64,000 bases of DNA from contig JAQGDQ010000035.1 of NCBI GenBank assembly GCA_030141605.1, positions 744,001 to 808,000 of the forward strand. Direction: 5' to 3'. Each line of letters starts with the position of its first letter. Position 1 is the stretch's first letter. Source of the stretch: Tubiluchus corallicola (Eukaryota; Animalia; Priapulida). The position numbers were made by a program, and so were the translations under genes. Below, one piece after another: positions 1 through 12,246 of the stretch. Under the pieces are notes generated by a model. It was not told where the DNA came from and did no database searches. It saw only the letters and a list, made by a program, of their open reading frames with translations.

Positions 1-1139
1 ATAAGGCTTTTACAATTTTTTCACTACTTGAGCTACGTGTGCGTTATCGATCATTGGTGGGTATATAATGTCTGGATACGGTCTTCCAAGTTATGCAACC
101 CATTGTAATAATTACTACTAATTACTGGGAAAACTGTTTGCAAGATTAATTATTAACTATATTTTGTGTAGGTAAAAGTGATTAAAAGCTGGCTCGAATC
201 TTACTTTCACAATACCAGAATATTTCATAAAGAAAGTGTTAATTTTTTACAATTGATTTAACAAGTGACAGACAGATCGTTCATTATTTCATTCATTCAT
301 TCATTCATTCATTCAGTTTTTTGTTAATTTATTTGTTATCTTCATTGTGTTATTTTAATAAATGCTAAGCTAGCATTACTAATGTATAGGATTCAAGATT
401 AAATTTGCCAATATTGACGGTTGATGTTACTCAGTTTAAAAGTGAAGCTATAATGTAGACTCAAAGAAGAATTTTTCCGCTTCATGATGAAGTAAACCAG
501 CAGTTATTAAATTTTGTAACTAAATTCAATCGAAAAAAGGGAATGTGAAGTACTGACTACTTGAATTTGAGTGCTCAAGTAAGTACCAAATTATATGAAG
601 TGTACATGATGTTTGTTTACGTATGTTTGCTTTCAAAAATAAGGTTACATTTGGAGCACTCGACCGCGTAGTTTCATGTGATCGCGGCGGTCATTAATCG
701 AACCTTAACCAAGCTAACGTTTTCAAAACTTGCTTACGCTAGCATAATTACTATCTAATTAGAATAATTTCTTGCCAATAAAATTCAGGGGCAAAGAATT
801 ATTTTTTATCATCTTAACAAGTGAATTTATCAGATAACGAATATGTTAAGATGGATGAACTCTTAAGCTACGTAACCCGTCCCCTGCCGGCACCTACAGG
901 AATTATGCACACAGAGTTGCATGCTTACCTGAGACTGAAAATGAACAAACAATTTATGTACAGCCTTTGCGCATTTTGAGGTATAATCCCGCTGATTAAA
1001 ACTATGTAAGCAATTGAAAGTTGTTCCGATGCCTAATTTTTACTCAAACACAGTTAAGATTTGAACAGCTAGCTTAGGCTTCAATAGCCGAATTTCTGAG
1101 TGAATGGCAGAAGTTTTATTGCACGTCCTTTCGAACACT

Positions 1140-1297
1140 CCACCAGTTTACGTCATTTTTTTCAAATACGTCAAAATGAGGTTTGTTTAGTGCGAGATAA
1201 GGATGATTTGATTTTCTTTTGCATTATTAAGCAATTCATTTTATGCGTATATATTGTGTAGTAATTTCAATAATTTTAATTGTATATTAAAATACAT
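1140..1297. repeat. Dispersed repeat; diverged second copy at about 5465-5619
   Basis: caccag..tacgtcattttttcaaata...atgcg.atatattgtgt.gt.atttcaata.ttttaattgtatattaaaat is shared by both loci. Confidence 0.65.
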
Positions 1298-1541
1298 ATT
1301 TGTATATTTGTATTTTAACATACGTTACATATATAAAGAAAACGCTCTGTTTTTTGTAATTATTTTAGAAAATCATGTTGTTAAAACTAATCAGTTATGA
1401 AAGAAAAAACATGCCTTTGTGGCTATAGGTTAGCATTTAAGTTAATTGGTGATGTCATTTTTTATGATTTTATATTTTGCCGCTAGATGAGTGTTAAAAT
1501 ACAATGAAAATCGGATGAACCTACTATTCTAGCAGAAGCTG

Positions 1542-1704
1542 ATGAAGCGCAAACGCGTGGATTGGGAGAGCATCTTAGGCTACGAAAAAGTCAAGCTACG
1601 TAGTGTTAGCTGGCGTAAAAGAACGGGAAGTGGTCTTCTGTGTTTAGGAATTTATTGCGGATATTTTCTAACAACGGGAAATCACACAAGCACTCATCGT
1701 AAAG
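1542..1704 (+). CDS. SLC24A: NCKX exon 1 (N-terminus, basic segment then hydrophobic segment)
   Basis: [54 protein letters not shown]; ends at AAG|GCAAGT in phase 1, matching the next exon. Confidence 0.65.
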
Positions 1705-4662
1705 GCAAGTAAATCATATTGTTAAAATGGTGTTTATCTAAATATTTAGTTATATCGCAGAAACGCTATCAGATGTAACCTCTAACCGTCATACTTAAAT
1801 CAACAAAACAAAGAAATAATAAATAAATTAGCAAACTGAAAGAAAAAGGCCACATAGGTGAGTATACACATACTCAATAGTTAAAATGGCAATGCACATG
1901 TTCTCAATAGTTAGAATAGCTATTTCATGTTCTCAATAGTTAGATTAGCTATGTCCATGTACTTTTTATTGACGTTTCAGAGGATTTCGATAAACTAAAC
2001 TGCAATAAATTCTTTCTAAAACTTTTAAAAATCGATGTTCATGTAATTGTTACCCGTTTATTGTTTATATGGTACACTACACACTAGGTGTGCATAGATA
2101 CGGCACTGTCTTATTTCCAAATTTTATATTTAGCAGTGCGGTGTAATGTAGCTTATTCGGTTGTATTTATGTGCATTATTTGAGTGTATAATTAACTAAT
2201 AAAATGAGGGATGCTTTATGGGCGACATTTATAGTAACCATCTAATGTATGCTGATGATGTTTGACTGATTGCCTCGACTATTAGTTCTTTCCAACAACT
2301 ATGAAATGTGTTTGTTAAACTTGCTTTGAAAAATGACAAAGTGATCAACGTGAGTAAAACAAATGCCTATACAACTTCTGACCACGAACCATTCTAGAGA
2401 CGATAAAGATACGTCTTCTATATGTTAGGAGCAATAAGACTATTAAAACTTTGAATTATAATAAGCGTAAATGTAAAAAAGTCTTGTTTGAAAGTCAGTG
2501 CTGTAATTTCTACTGTTCGTATTTGTGGCCAAATTATTACTTATATACAGTTATAATAACTTAAAAATTGCTTACAATTTTCTTATAATCTTGCTGACAA
2601 ATTTGTTACAAATCAACTACTCATCCAACCATTAAACTGCTCTGTCACTTAGTGACAAGTGACAAGTGTATTGCTTTAAGTTAACTTTATTTTGACGAAC
2701 TGATTCGTAAATTGACAATTCTCCGCAAACACAAAAATTTTGAATACTAGAGTATAATATTGCACATAGTGACTGAATATTTATTTCAAGCATCTACACA
2801 GAATGGAATATATATGTAACGGCTATTAGTGAAAGTACAGTTAAATTCATAGAGTCCCCATTAAACGAATAGCAAAGAAAGTGTTTAATTTACTTTGGCA
2901 AAGTCGGTTTTAGTTTTTTGTATTTTACACAAGAATTCGGTGTTAGTTTCCTAGCGCATCGACCTTATGGTATTAACATTGATTTTCCGTTTATTTATGG
3001 CACCTATATGTGCAATTCACGAGCAGCTACATCGTTACGCTATTATTGACGTTATAATGCACTTTAGGCTTCAAAGCAAAAATAAAACTGGCGTAAGAAA
3101 AACACAGTCAAACGTGCAATGAAAAGTGAGCATAGCAGGAAGATTTGGCTCACTTCAGTTTTAATTAAATCTCTCTTGTAATTTCGCATAATAAAGAGAA
3201 GATGAAAGTACTCAGTTTGTGTGAACTCACTATGGCTGAATCTCACTGGATAGGTGGTTGATAGGGCTACAGCTTGGCTGGCTGAAACTTACAAACATTT
3301 AATTGCAGATTAGAAAGGTTTTGCATAGCATTTGTACCTGCTTGGCAGGTATTTGATATTCAACACAAATGAACCGTGGTCTTATTTTTCAAATTTTGTT
3401 CCCAGTCATGTGCCGTCTTCTCCTAAAAATAATGGGTGTGTAACCTACCCAAACATCCCATCCAAGTAATATATTTATTATTATTATATTTTTAATATTA
3501 TTTCACTTTGGCTCAAAGAACTAGGAGGAACCGTGAAGACAATGGAATAGGTAGCCGATTTCCAGTGACTTTGAGCAAGTGATCTATTCTGGAAAAAGCA
3601 ACCTACTCGTATTTTTAAAAATAAGCTTCTTGAGTAATAAACAAAGGACTACTTATTACAGGCAAGCTGACAGACTGAATTATTTATAAAACTAATTTCA
3701 AGAATGTGCAAGATACTTTCTGAATTTTTGAAATTAACTTCGTAGGAAAAAATACTGAAAAACCTTGATTTCTAAGAAGCTCATTTGAATTACAAATCCC
3801 TGGACTTGAATCGACAAATCCTTCTTATAAATCGTCTTAATTTAACGCTGATAGTTCATTACGCCAACATTCCCAAAAGTTAATTTACTGAAACAAAAGC
3901 AACAGCTAATTAATTACATTATTTTTTAGAATAGATTAGATCCTGGAGTTAGGTGGGGGCTCGGTACATTTCCTTCCTATAGATTAAGGATAAGTTTCAA
4001 AAGATTGGATTGTATGTTCATTCCATAATTAACTAATAATTTTGAGTTTAGGATAAAAAATAATTAATTCTTCTTTCAAAGCTGTAAGTAATTATCCATT
4101 TTTTGCTTTGCAGGCTGGCAAAATCGACATTTGCTCGCTAGTTCCAATGGCACGGTAGAATTTGAGCAATGTCACTATGAAAATGCACATTTTCCGGTTG
4201 CATGGGTGTTGTTCTACACGTTTATTGTTCTAGTTACTTTTATAGGTACGTAACTTATTTCCTATTCCATAGTGTGGAAATGCGCTTGACGTTTTTTAAA
4301 TTATGTTCTAAACAGTCTAGCCTGATGCTTTTTTTAGCCCTACGCAGTAACTGTAGAGAATACTAGTGTAGTGCACATCGGTATAAATCCAGAAAAAAAG
4401 TAAACAGCATAAATGTTTTACAAAAAACTACTTCTTGTAAATATTTTATATGTGTTAAGTGTGAATTAAATATAAAGTTTTACGTATTTAGGTAATCAAC
4501 TACAGCTTCACTTGGGTTTTTAACTGTAAACATTCATTTTATTGTATGATAATATTATTGCTCACAACAGTGGAAACACAGGTTATACCATTGATTTGTG
4601 AATACAGAAGTTTACCGTTCAATGATATATAATTTTAATAGCAATGAAGAATTTTATTGTTC

Positions 4663-4708
<46 letters not shown>

Positions 4709-7700
4709 GTTGTTGTTGCTGTTGTTGCTGTTGTTGTTATTGTTGTTATTATTATTACTAACAAATGCGTATGTAGTACGGATTTGATATTACTACAAAA
4801 TTAACGTTTTTGATTCACGTTTGGATGCTGTAAAGCAAAGATAATCGTGGTGTAGTGACGCAGTGACGAAGATAGAAGCTGGTAACTATTAACAGCATTA
4901 AAGCAAAAGCCAAGTCTCTTGGGAAGTTGAGCTTATTCTAATATTTGAGAAAAATGTTAGAAAGTTTCAGCAATGAAATTGTGATAAGCGCCTCCTGTAA
5001 CTAATAATTTCTATTTAAAAATCGCGATCACTTCAGGCTTGAGCGCGCTCATTTTGGTGAAAAATGGCGTCATCTGGCTACAGTGCAATATAAACAGTTA
5101 TTCTGCCAAGTGTTTAAGCAATCATTTTTTGCCTTATAGAGCGATCTCTATAAACCAAGTAACCCAACCGGTACCTACTGTATGCTCGCAAGTTTACATG
5201 TGTATCTGAAAGTCAACAGAAGTCTGTAAATTAATTACATTTACACACTTAATGTATACTACTTTCACATTTTACGGTATAACCCTGTGGGTTAAAGCTA
5301 TGTAACCATTTTAATCTTGGTCATAATAGATCAGCTGACTAATTTTTACATAAATACAGTTAAACACAACATTAGAATAACTGAACTTTTAACCAAACTG
5401 TAGCAATTTTGCAACGAGTATCTTAATGCAGCTTGCCTTCACAGCATTCCACCTGCCCAGCAGTCACCAGCTACGTCATTTTTTTCAAATATGCCGACAG
5501 CGACGTTCGTTTGGCGGGAGATAAAAAACATTTAAATTTCTTTTACATTTTAAGCTTAGCATTATATGCGCATATATTGTGTGGTGATTTCAATATTTTT
5601 AATTGTATATTAAAATGCAATAAATTGGTTCGAGGGTTGGTTCTTCCTTTAAACAGTTGTTATGCTGAATGTATCTAATTGGAAGCTCGTTAACCCCTCC
5701 CCCCAGTTTTAATAAGCAAGGCGCAGCCATTTCTAGTTGTGCACTTTTTTTACTTTAAAATAATGATCCAGTTTTTTTGCTTTGATATCCTGTCTAAGAT
5801 ATGAAAACTGACGCAAATAATTCATCTTGTTAAAAAGAATTGTCCCATTGTTATTTATATCTTTCTTTAGTAATTAATTGTTTAAACTATACAAAACGTC
5901 TTTCATAATTTTCATGATATTCCGGACGTAGTTTGTATTGAAATGTTTTATCAGTTTAAAGAAAATCGCAGGAGATGTACTGGGTACAGGGGCTTGTCCT
6001 TATTAAACTTGCTAAATAGAGGAAAGCCATTTTGGATATTTTACTGATACTTGTTTTTTTGTTTAGCTCTGGCCATCATTTGTGATGATTTTTTTGTACC
6101 TTCACTGGAGGTTATATCTGAGAAACTGGAGTTGTCTGAAGATGTGGCTGGTGCTACATTTATGGCTGCTGGATCGTCTGCACCTGAACTTTTCACCTCT
6201 ATTGTGGGTGTGGCACTTGAAAGTGACGTTGGCGTGGGGACTATTGTTGGGTTAGTAGGTCCATAATGTTTGCTGTGGTAACTACGGAAATTAGTCCTTA
6301 TGACCCTATGTTAAACTATTTTTTGCAAAATGTTATTAATAGATACTGACTACAAACATAACCAATAACTTTGTTTCGAAATAGTCCCCTAGATGACTGG
6401 TTCTGCAGTTAGTATCTTCAGAACCGAATGTTATGAGTATAAGAATCGTTGATTTGCTGCTTTTTCAAACCTCGAGTTTAGTATTTTTGCTTCCACAAAA
6501 GTGGAGTTCAGACTTTACGAATACAAACTCTTTCCCCATGTTTTATTTTTGAATTGATGTGCAGCCATTTTATATTTGAAATAATATGGATGTTCAGGCA
6601 ATTTGCTGTTTAAAACAATCTAGCCTAAATTTATTTTTTGTGATCAAGTTTACAATCCTTTTACAAGTTCACTAACAAAATCAATGTTTCCTTTGTTTGA
6701 TTCAAGACGAAAAGTACAGAAGCTTTTTTAATTTAATAGTCTTTTGGCAATTCGGCTAAAGTTTACAATTTCCCACACACAAGGAATTAGTTGTGAAACG
6801 GATTAGCATTAGGGTTAAAGTTAGGATTAGGTAGGTTAGGGCTAGCATTGGGGTTAAGATTAGGGTTAGGGTTGAGGTTAGGGTGCGTTTTTCTAATCTA
6901 GCTGTCTGTCTGTCTGTCCGTCTGCCTGACGATTAAATTAAATTTGAATTAAAAATTTAATTTGTATGAAGCGCTTGAGTAGACCCGAATAATAGCAATT
7001 TTCGTAAAGTAATTACTCGTTGATGTAATTACGTCTCTTACATTATGAGGCGATTAAATCCGTGTTAAAATTCAGAAGATGAATAATATATAAAAGACAA
7101 ATATATATTGTCTTTTAGACAAATACCTGCAACAGTTAATCTCTGCTGCAAATCAGTCGTTTCATTGCAAGATATGTAATTTGCGACTATAAAAAAATTC
7201 TATTTAAACTCTGGACAAAGCCCACTACATCCGAGATCTAGTTATTAAAAAAGTTACTATATCATGTTAGGTATATTATAATTGCATTCTGTAAGTATTT
7301 GTTTTCTAGTATAATTTTCACTCCAACTTACACCAATGTGAGTACTGTAATAACACCATGGACAATACACCTCCCCCCATTTTAAAACTGATCACTTTGA
7401 TCAGCAGCACACATTTACACGTCGGCTTTTGCTTAGCCAAAATTTTTGATCGATTACACCACATTATACGTTTTTACTGTTTGTACATACAGGGGCGTAT
7501 CAAGACTTTACGACGACCTGAGCTGATAGCTCTGTTCCACCCATCTCTATTGTGAATTTGTGATCGTTTATGTAATAAGCAGATTAAACAATTAATTGTG
7601 GTGTATTAGAAACGCTATTAACCTAGTTTCTACTGGTCATTATTAATTACGTGTATATACTTGTTGTGCAATACCTTGCACTTGTTCGTTATGTGGCACT

Positions 7701-10700
7701 TATATAACAGCTCTGCTCGATAGCTGCCTGTAGTGTGTTCTAAAATGTGCCCTTTACATATATATAAGAAAGTATACACATATTCCGAGGAGAATAAGAA
7801 TTTTTTCTAAAATGTGACGCCCCTCAAAGTTTGGTGCCCTAGCCTAGTTAGCCTATTGGTTAATACGCCCCTGGTCATTCTGGCAGTTTTTTTGCACTCA
7901 CCTAAGTGTTTACAACTCTACATTTTACCGGCGAGAGCGTTTGTAGGCCCATTTGCAAGCGTCTTGGCAAGTGTGAATGTGTTTACTCGATGCTTGCTTG
8001 TGCGTTCTGCGTATTTTTAAACGTATTTGATTAAAAAAAACTGTAGCTAGCCTTAATCATCGTTAATCTTAATTTTTATAATGATTTTATTCCGATGTTG
8101 TAGTTAATGACAATGGGAAACTATATGTGAAAGCTCATCGGATAAAATTCATGGAAAAAATCCCAGTCTGGTGTTTGTTTGTTTGTTTTCTAATTTTTAT
8201 TTATTTCAGATCAGCAGTTTTTAACATACTGATTATTGTAGCCATGTCCGGAGTATTCGCTGGCCAGGTATATATTATACATTCGCATTAACATGTTTAA
8301 AATTTAATAAGTTTACTTTTAAAATTAGTATTTTGTATAGTTTATTACTAAACCTCACTTTGCTCGTGTTCAAACACAAGACATATCATTTAAGATAAAT
8401 TTATTATCGGAATCAGTGAAGCAAATTACATTGAGTGTCCCGACTCACAATTGTTAAAACCGTTGCACAACAAATTTCGGTATTCTGCATTACAAATTGC
8501 TTGTCCAAAAAATCGAATGTCATGGTTATATTAAAGCGAAATTTATGTATTGAAGTAGATCTAAAGCACTGTGTATGATTTTACCTGCAAGCTTTTATTA
8601 AAATTACCAAAATTTATCGTTAAAAACATTTTAAACAAAAAAGACTGCATTTTCCTCGCGGCTCTTGTCTGATTTTGTAATCAAAACCTAAATTGGTGCA
8701 AATACAATTCACTAATTGTAGCTAGCATGATGATGACGATAACTTCATGCTGATTCAAGCCAATTCAATCGATAAATTTAGATAATTGTAAACATTTTGC
8801 AAGAGAAATAAAATTTTATGTTGCTAACAGAACGGCAGTATAGACTACAGCAACAACATTTTTTTATTTAATTTAATGATTGTGGTTGTTGCTGTTGTTG
8901 GTGTTCTATAAACTGGTTAAACAGCTAGTTATGCAGCTGAACAAGTATTAAACTTTGATTTGCGCTTCCCGCTGCCCCTCATTTTGTTTTTACGCATTAT
9001 TTCTTCATACAAGTGCTGTACTAATTATGTTTTTTAGATTCTTTGGTTGGACTGGCGTCCAATAGCTCGCGATGGAGTGTTCTATGCTATTTCAATTGCT
9101 TGCTTTATTGGATTTGTTTGGGATTCAAAGTTTAGTGTGATAGAAGCTGTTATGTTGGTTGCTTTGTATGCAGTGTACATAATAGTCATGAAGCTAAATC
9201 CTTATCTCATGGATGCGCTCGCAAAATGGTAAGAACAACATACACTCTCTAATCCTGTATGTTTAATTATGTGTGTGTATGGCAGAGGTAGAGAGTGAGG
9301 TAGAGAATTAAGGGATAATAAGGACTAAAATTAATTTTGTCTTATTCCTCGTTTTATGCGAGGTGCGTTTTTTTAGTAAATTAAGTAAAATTATAAAATT
9401 AAATTTATGAATAATAACGAGAACATGGCACAGGTTTGGTGTAGGTAATTTCGATTAAGACAGTTATAAACATAAAAGCAGACAAGAGATAAATCACATT
9501 TAAATAAGTCACATATAAATGTAACATCAGACACTGAAATTCTAAATGATAACTGCTGTAATTACAAGTACTTAGTAACATTAAAAGCTATAATAGGTGA
9601 AGGTACAAACGAGAATTTGAATCCGTTAGGCATTTTATAAGATAAACTTAACTTTAAACTTTAAACGTTTGTCGATTAATAAATACTAATCCCATTTAGG
9701 GGATGATTACCATCTGTCATAATCTTGTTTGCAGGTGTAAATAAATTAATAGTCGATAGCTGTTTTGTTTTTGCTTTGAGTTTGTTTTGTTCTTAGTAAG
9801 AAAAGATCAAACGACGAGCAACATTAAATTTTTGGAACGGCGAACATTTAGTTCTTTAAGCGAATCTCATGTTAAATAATGAGAAAAAAGAGAGGTTGTC
9901 TTAAATCATGTTTCTGCCTATTACAAACATACTGATAATAGGGCTCAATTTTTGATTTGTAGCTGTGGAAAGTCAAGCGTTCTGCCACTTGATATTACAG
10001 AAGTAAGGTCTGATGGCTTTACTCAGGAAAGCTCATGTGTAACTGCTGAGGTTTCCACTCATCCAGTTCCTGCCACCACGTCAAAACAACCTGTAGGTTT
10101 ATAATGTAACGTTCATATAGGGCACACAAGAAGCTTGCGATATTAAATTTATACAAAATAAAATAAAGCCTTTCGTCGTCACCTTTATTTCATACTTTTT
10201 AATGCTATTATCGCTGGCATCTTTGCTTTATTTTACCTTGTTTTGAAGAAAAGAACTAAGTATTACTGCGAGACAGACTTATTCATCTGTTTAGACATGT
10301 TAAAATTTCGTTGGCCTTAAGGGCTTTACTTAGTTGACAGTGTTTTTAGTGTTTCAATTTATTAGATAAAATAGAACGAAACCCCAGGAACAAAATACAA
10401 TCATGATTTTTATATTAATCAGTTATTACTTACCAACAATAAGTTAAATCTCGATAACGAAAGCCTGGCTTTGGCTACGACTTCTTTAGTAACATTTGTT
10501 GAGTAATTGTTGTGTTGGACATTTCTCGTAGTGTTAAAGAACATGGCCAAAATAATGTCATAATATAAGGGAAGACGAACTGGTAATGTCGTAGTATAAG
10601 AGAACATGAGCTGAGCAATTGTCGTAATATAAGAGATATAATTGTTGATGGTTGGTAGGTGGTTGCAGTAGATTAAAGCTGTTATTTATGTGGTCGTCGT

Positions 10701-10881
10701 CATCGTCATCGTCATCACCACCTCGACTACCACCATCACCACTACCACCACCACCACCACCACCACCACCACCAGCAGCAGCACCACCACCACCACCACC
10801 ACCACCACCACCACCACCATCACCACCACCACCACCACCACTACCACATCATCATCGTCATCGTCATCATCATCGTCATCG

Positions 10882-10914
<33 letters not shown>

Positions 10915-12109
10915 ATCATTGTCATCATATTCTGTAGTCAGGGCAGGCAAAACAAGTGTAAATGCATAAAACCCAGAGTACTCCTAAAATCAAACTACTA
11001 CAAACAGTATATGCCTCAAAGTATATACCTCAAAAAACTTTTCAACTACTGTAAAGATGGGAAATTATTAAGTCGCTTTCACTTTTAGAAAGAACCTCAA
11101 AAAGATTTTGGATCTGGTACCACAACAAGTGCAGGAAGGCAATCAGCCATGTCTGCAAGAAGCACAAGTGGCACAGAGGAAAACAAGCACATATTCCATC
11201 ATGTAAAGCACGGGGAGATATCCGGTCAATTTGTAAGTAAATTTCAGGAAAACACTGTTTATTTTGAGTGGTTACGTTTTTCATAAGAATTATTAAATAT
11301 TTTTATATATTCATCAATGCTACATTAATAGAGTTACAGTTATATTCCAAATGTGACCAAAAAAATTTTTTGCACGTACAGCATGAAAATGGTATAGGGA
11401 AGAAGATAAATCAGGTAAGGGGAAACGAAAGATGAGGTAAAAACTTTATCAGCTATTTCTGTTAAGTTATTCATGGGCTGAACTTGCATTACTTGCATTT
11501 TAGCGCTTTTAGTCGATGTATTAGTATCGCTTGCTCTAGGTGTAAATGTAATAGGCCTACATGTAGTTTCCTTGCTTTTCCTTAGAGGTTACCCAGTAAC
11601 AACCCTTACCATTTTATTGGCGATAGTTTAATCCATGGCTCTTAGTGCAAATCATTTAGGCTATAGAAGCAGCTTGTTGTTCTTAATAATGAACGTATGA
11701 TTTTACAAACTGTATGAGTGAAGTAGTAATTATCTTAGTTCGTGTTTGATATTAGTTTGTTACAACAGAAAACAAAACGATCGTTGTGAATAGAGGGACT
11801 AAACTACAAATCAGAAAGCAAAACCTTTCTTTTATTCTGGGGTTACTAGGCACATTTGTAACTTGTACTGCTTAAAATAACTTTTATAGACCGTACATCA
11901 AATCGGTTATTGAGTTCATATTTTCCATTTATATATGTAATTTGTCGCTATATTGTTAAGGATAAGAGTTTGTGTCAAAAATATTTTATGCCGCATAATA
12001 TCTAGAATATGCAAAACAATTAGTACAATATTTTTCATTGACTAATTTAGACTACTATATAATATTAATATTAATGATGATGATGATGATGACGAAGATG
12101 GTGATAATA

Positions 12110-12165
<56 letters not shown>

Positions 12166-12190
12166 CATGATGACGAAGATGGTGATAATA

Positions 12191-12246
<56 letters not shown>

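Noticed and set aside
10652-11088. Poly-Pro/His/Thr/Ser/Asp ORFs
   Set aside because: Translations of an intronic CAC/CAT microsatellite; no phase-consistent splice sites
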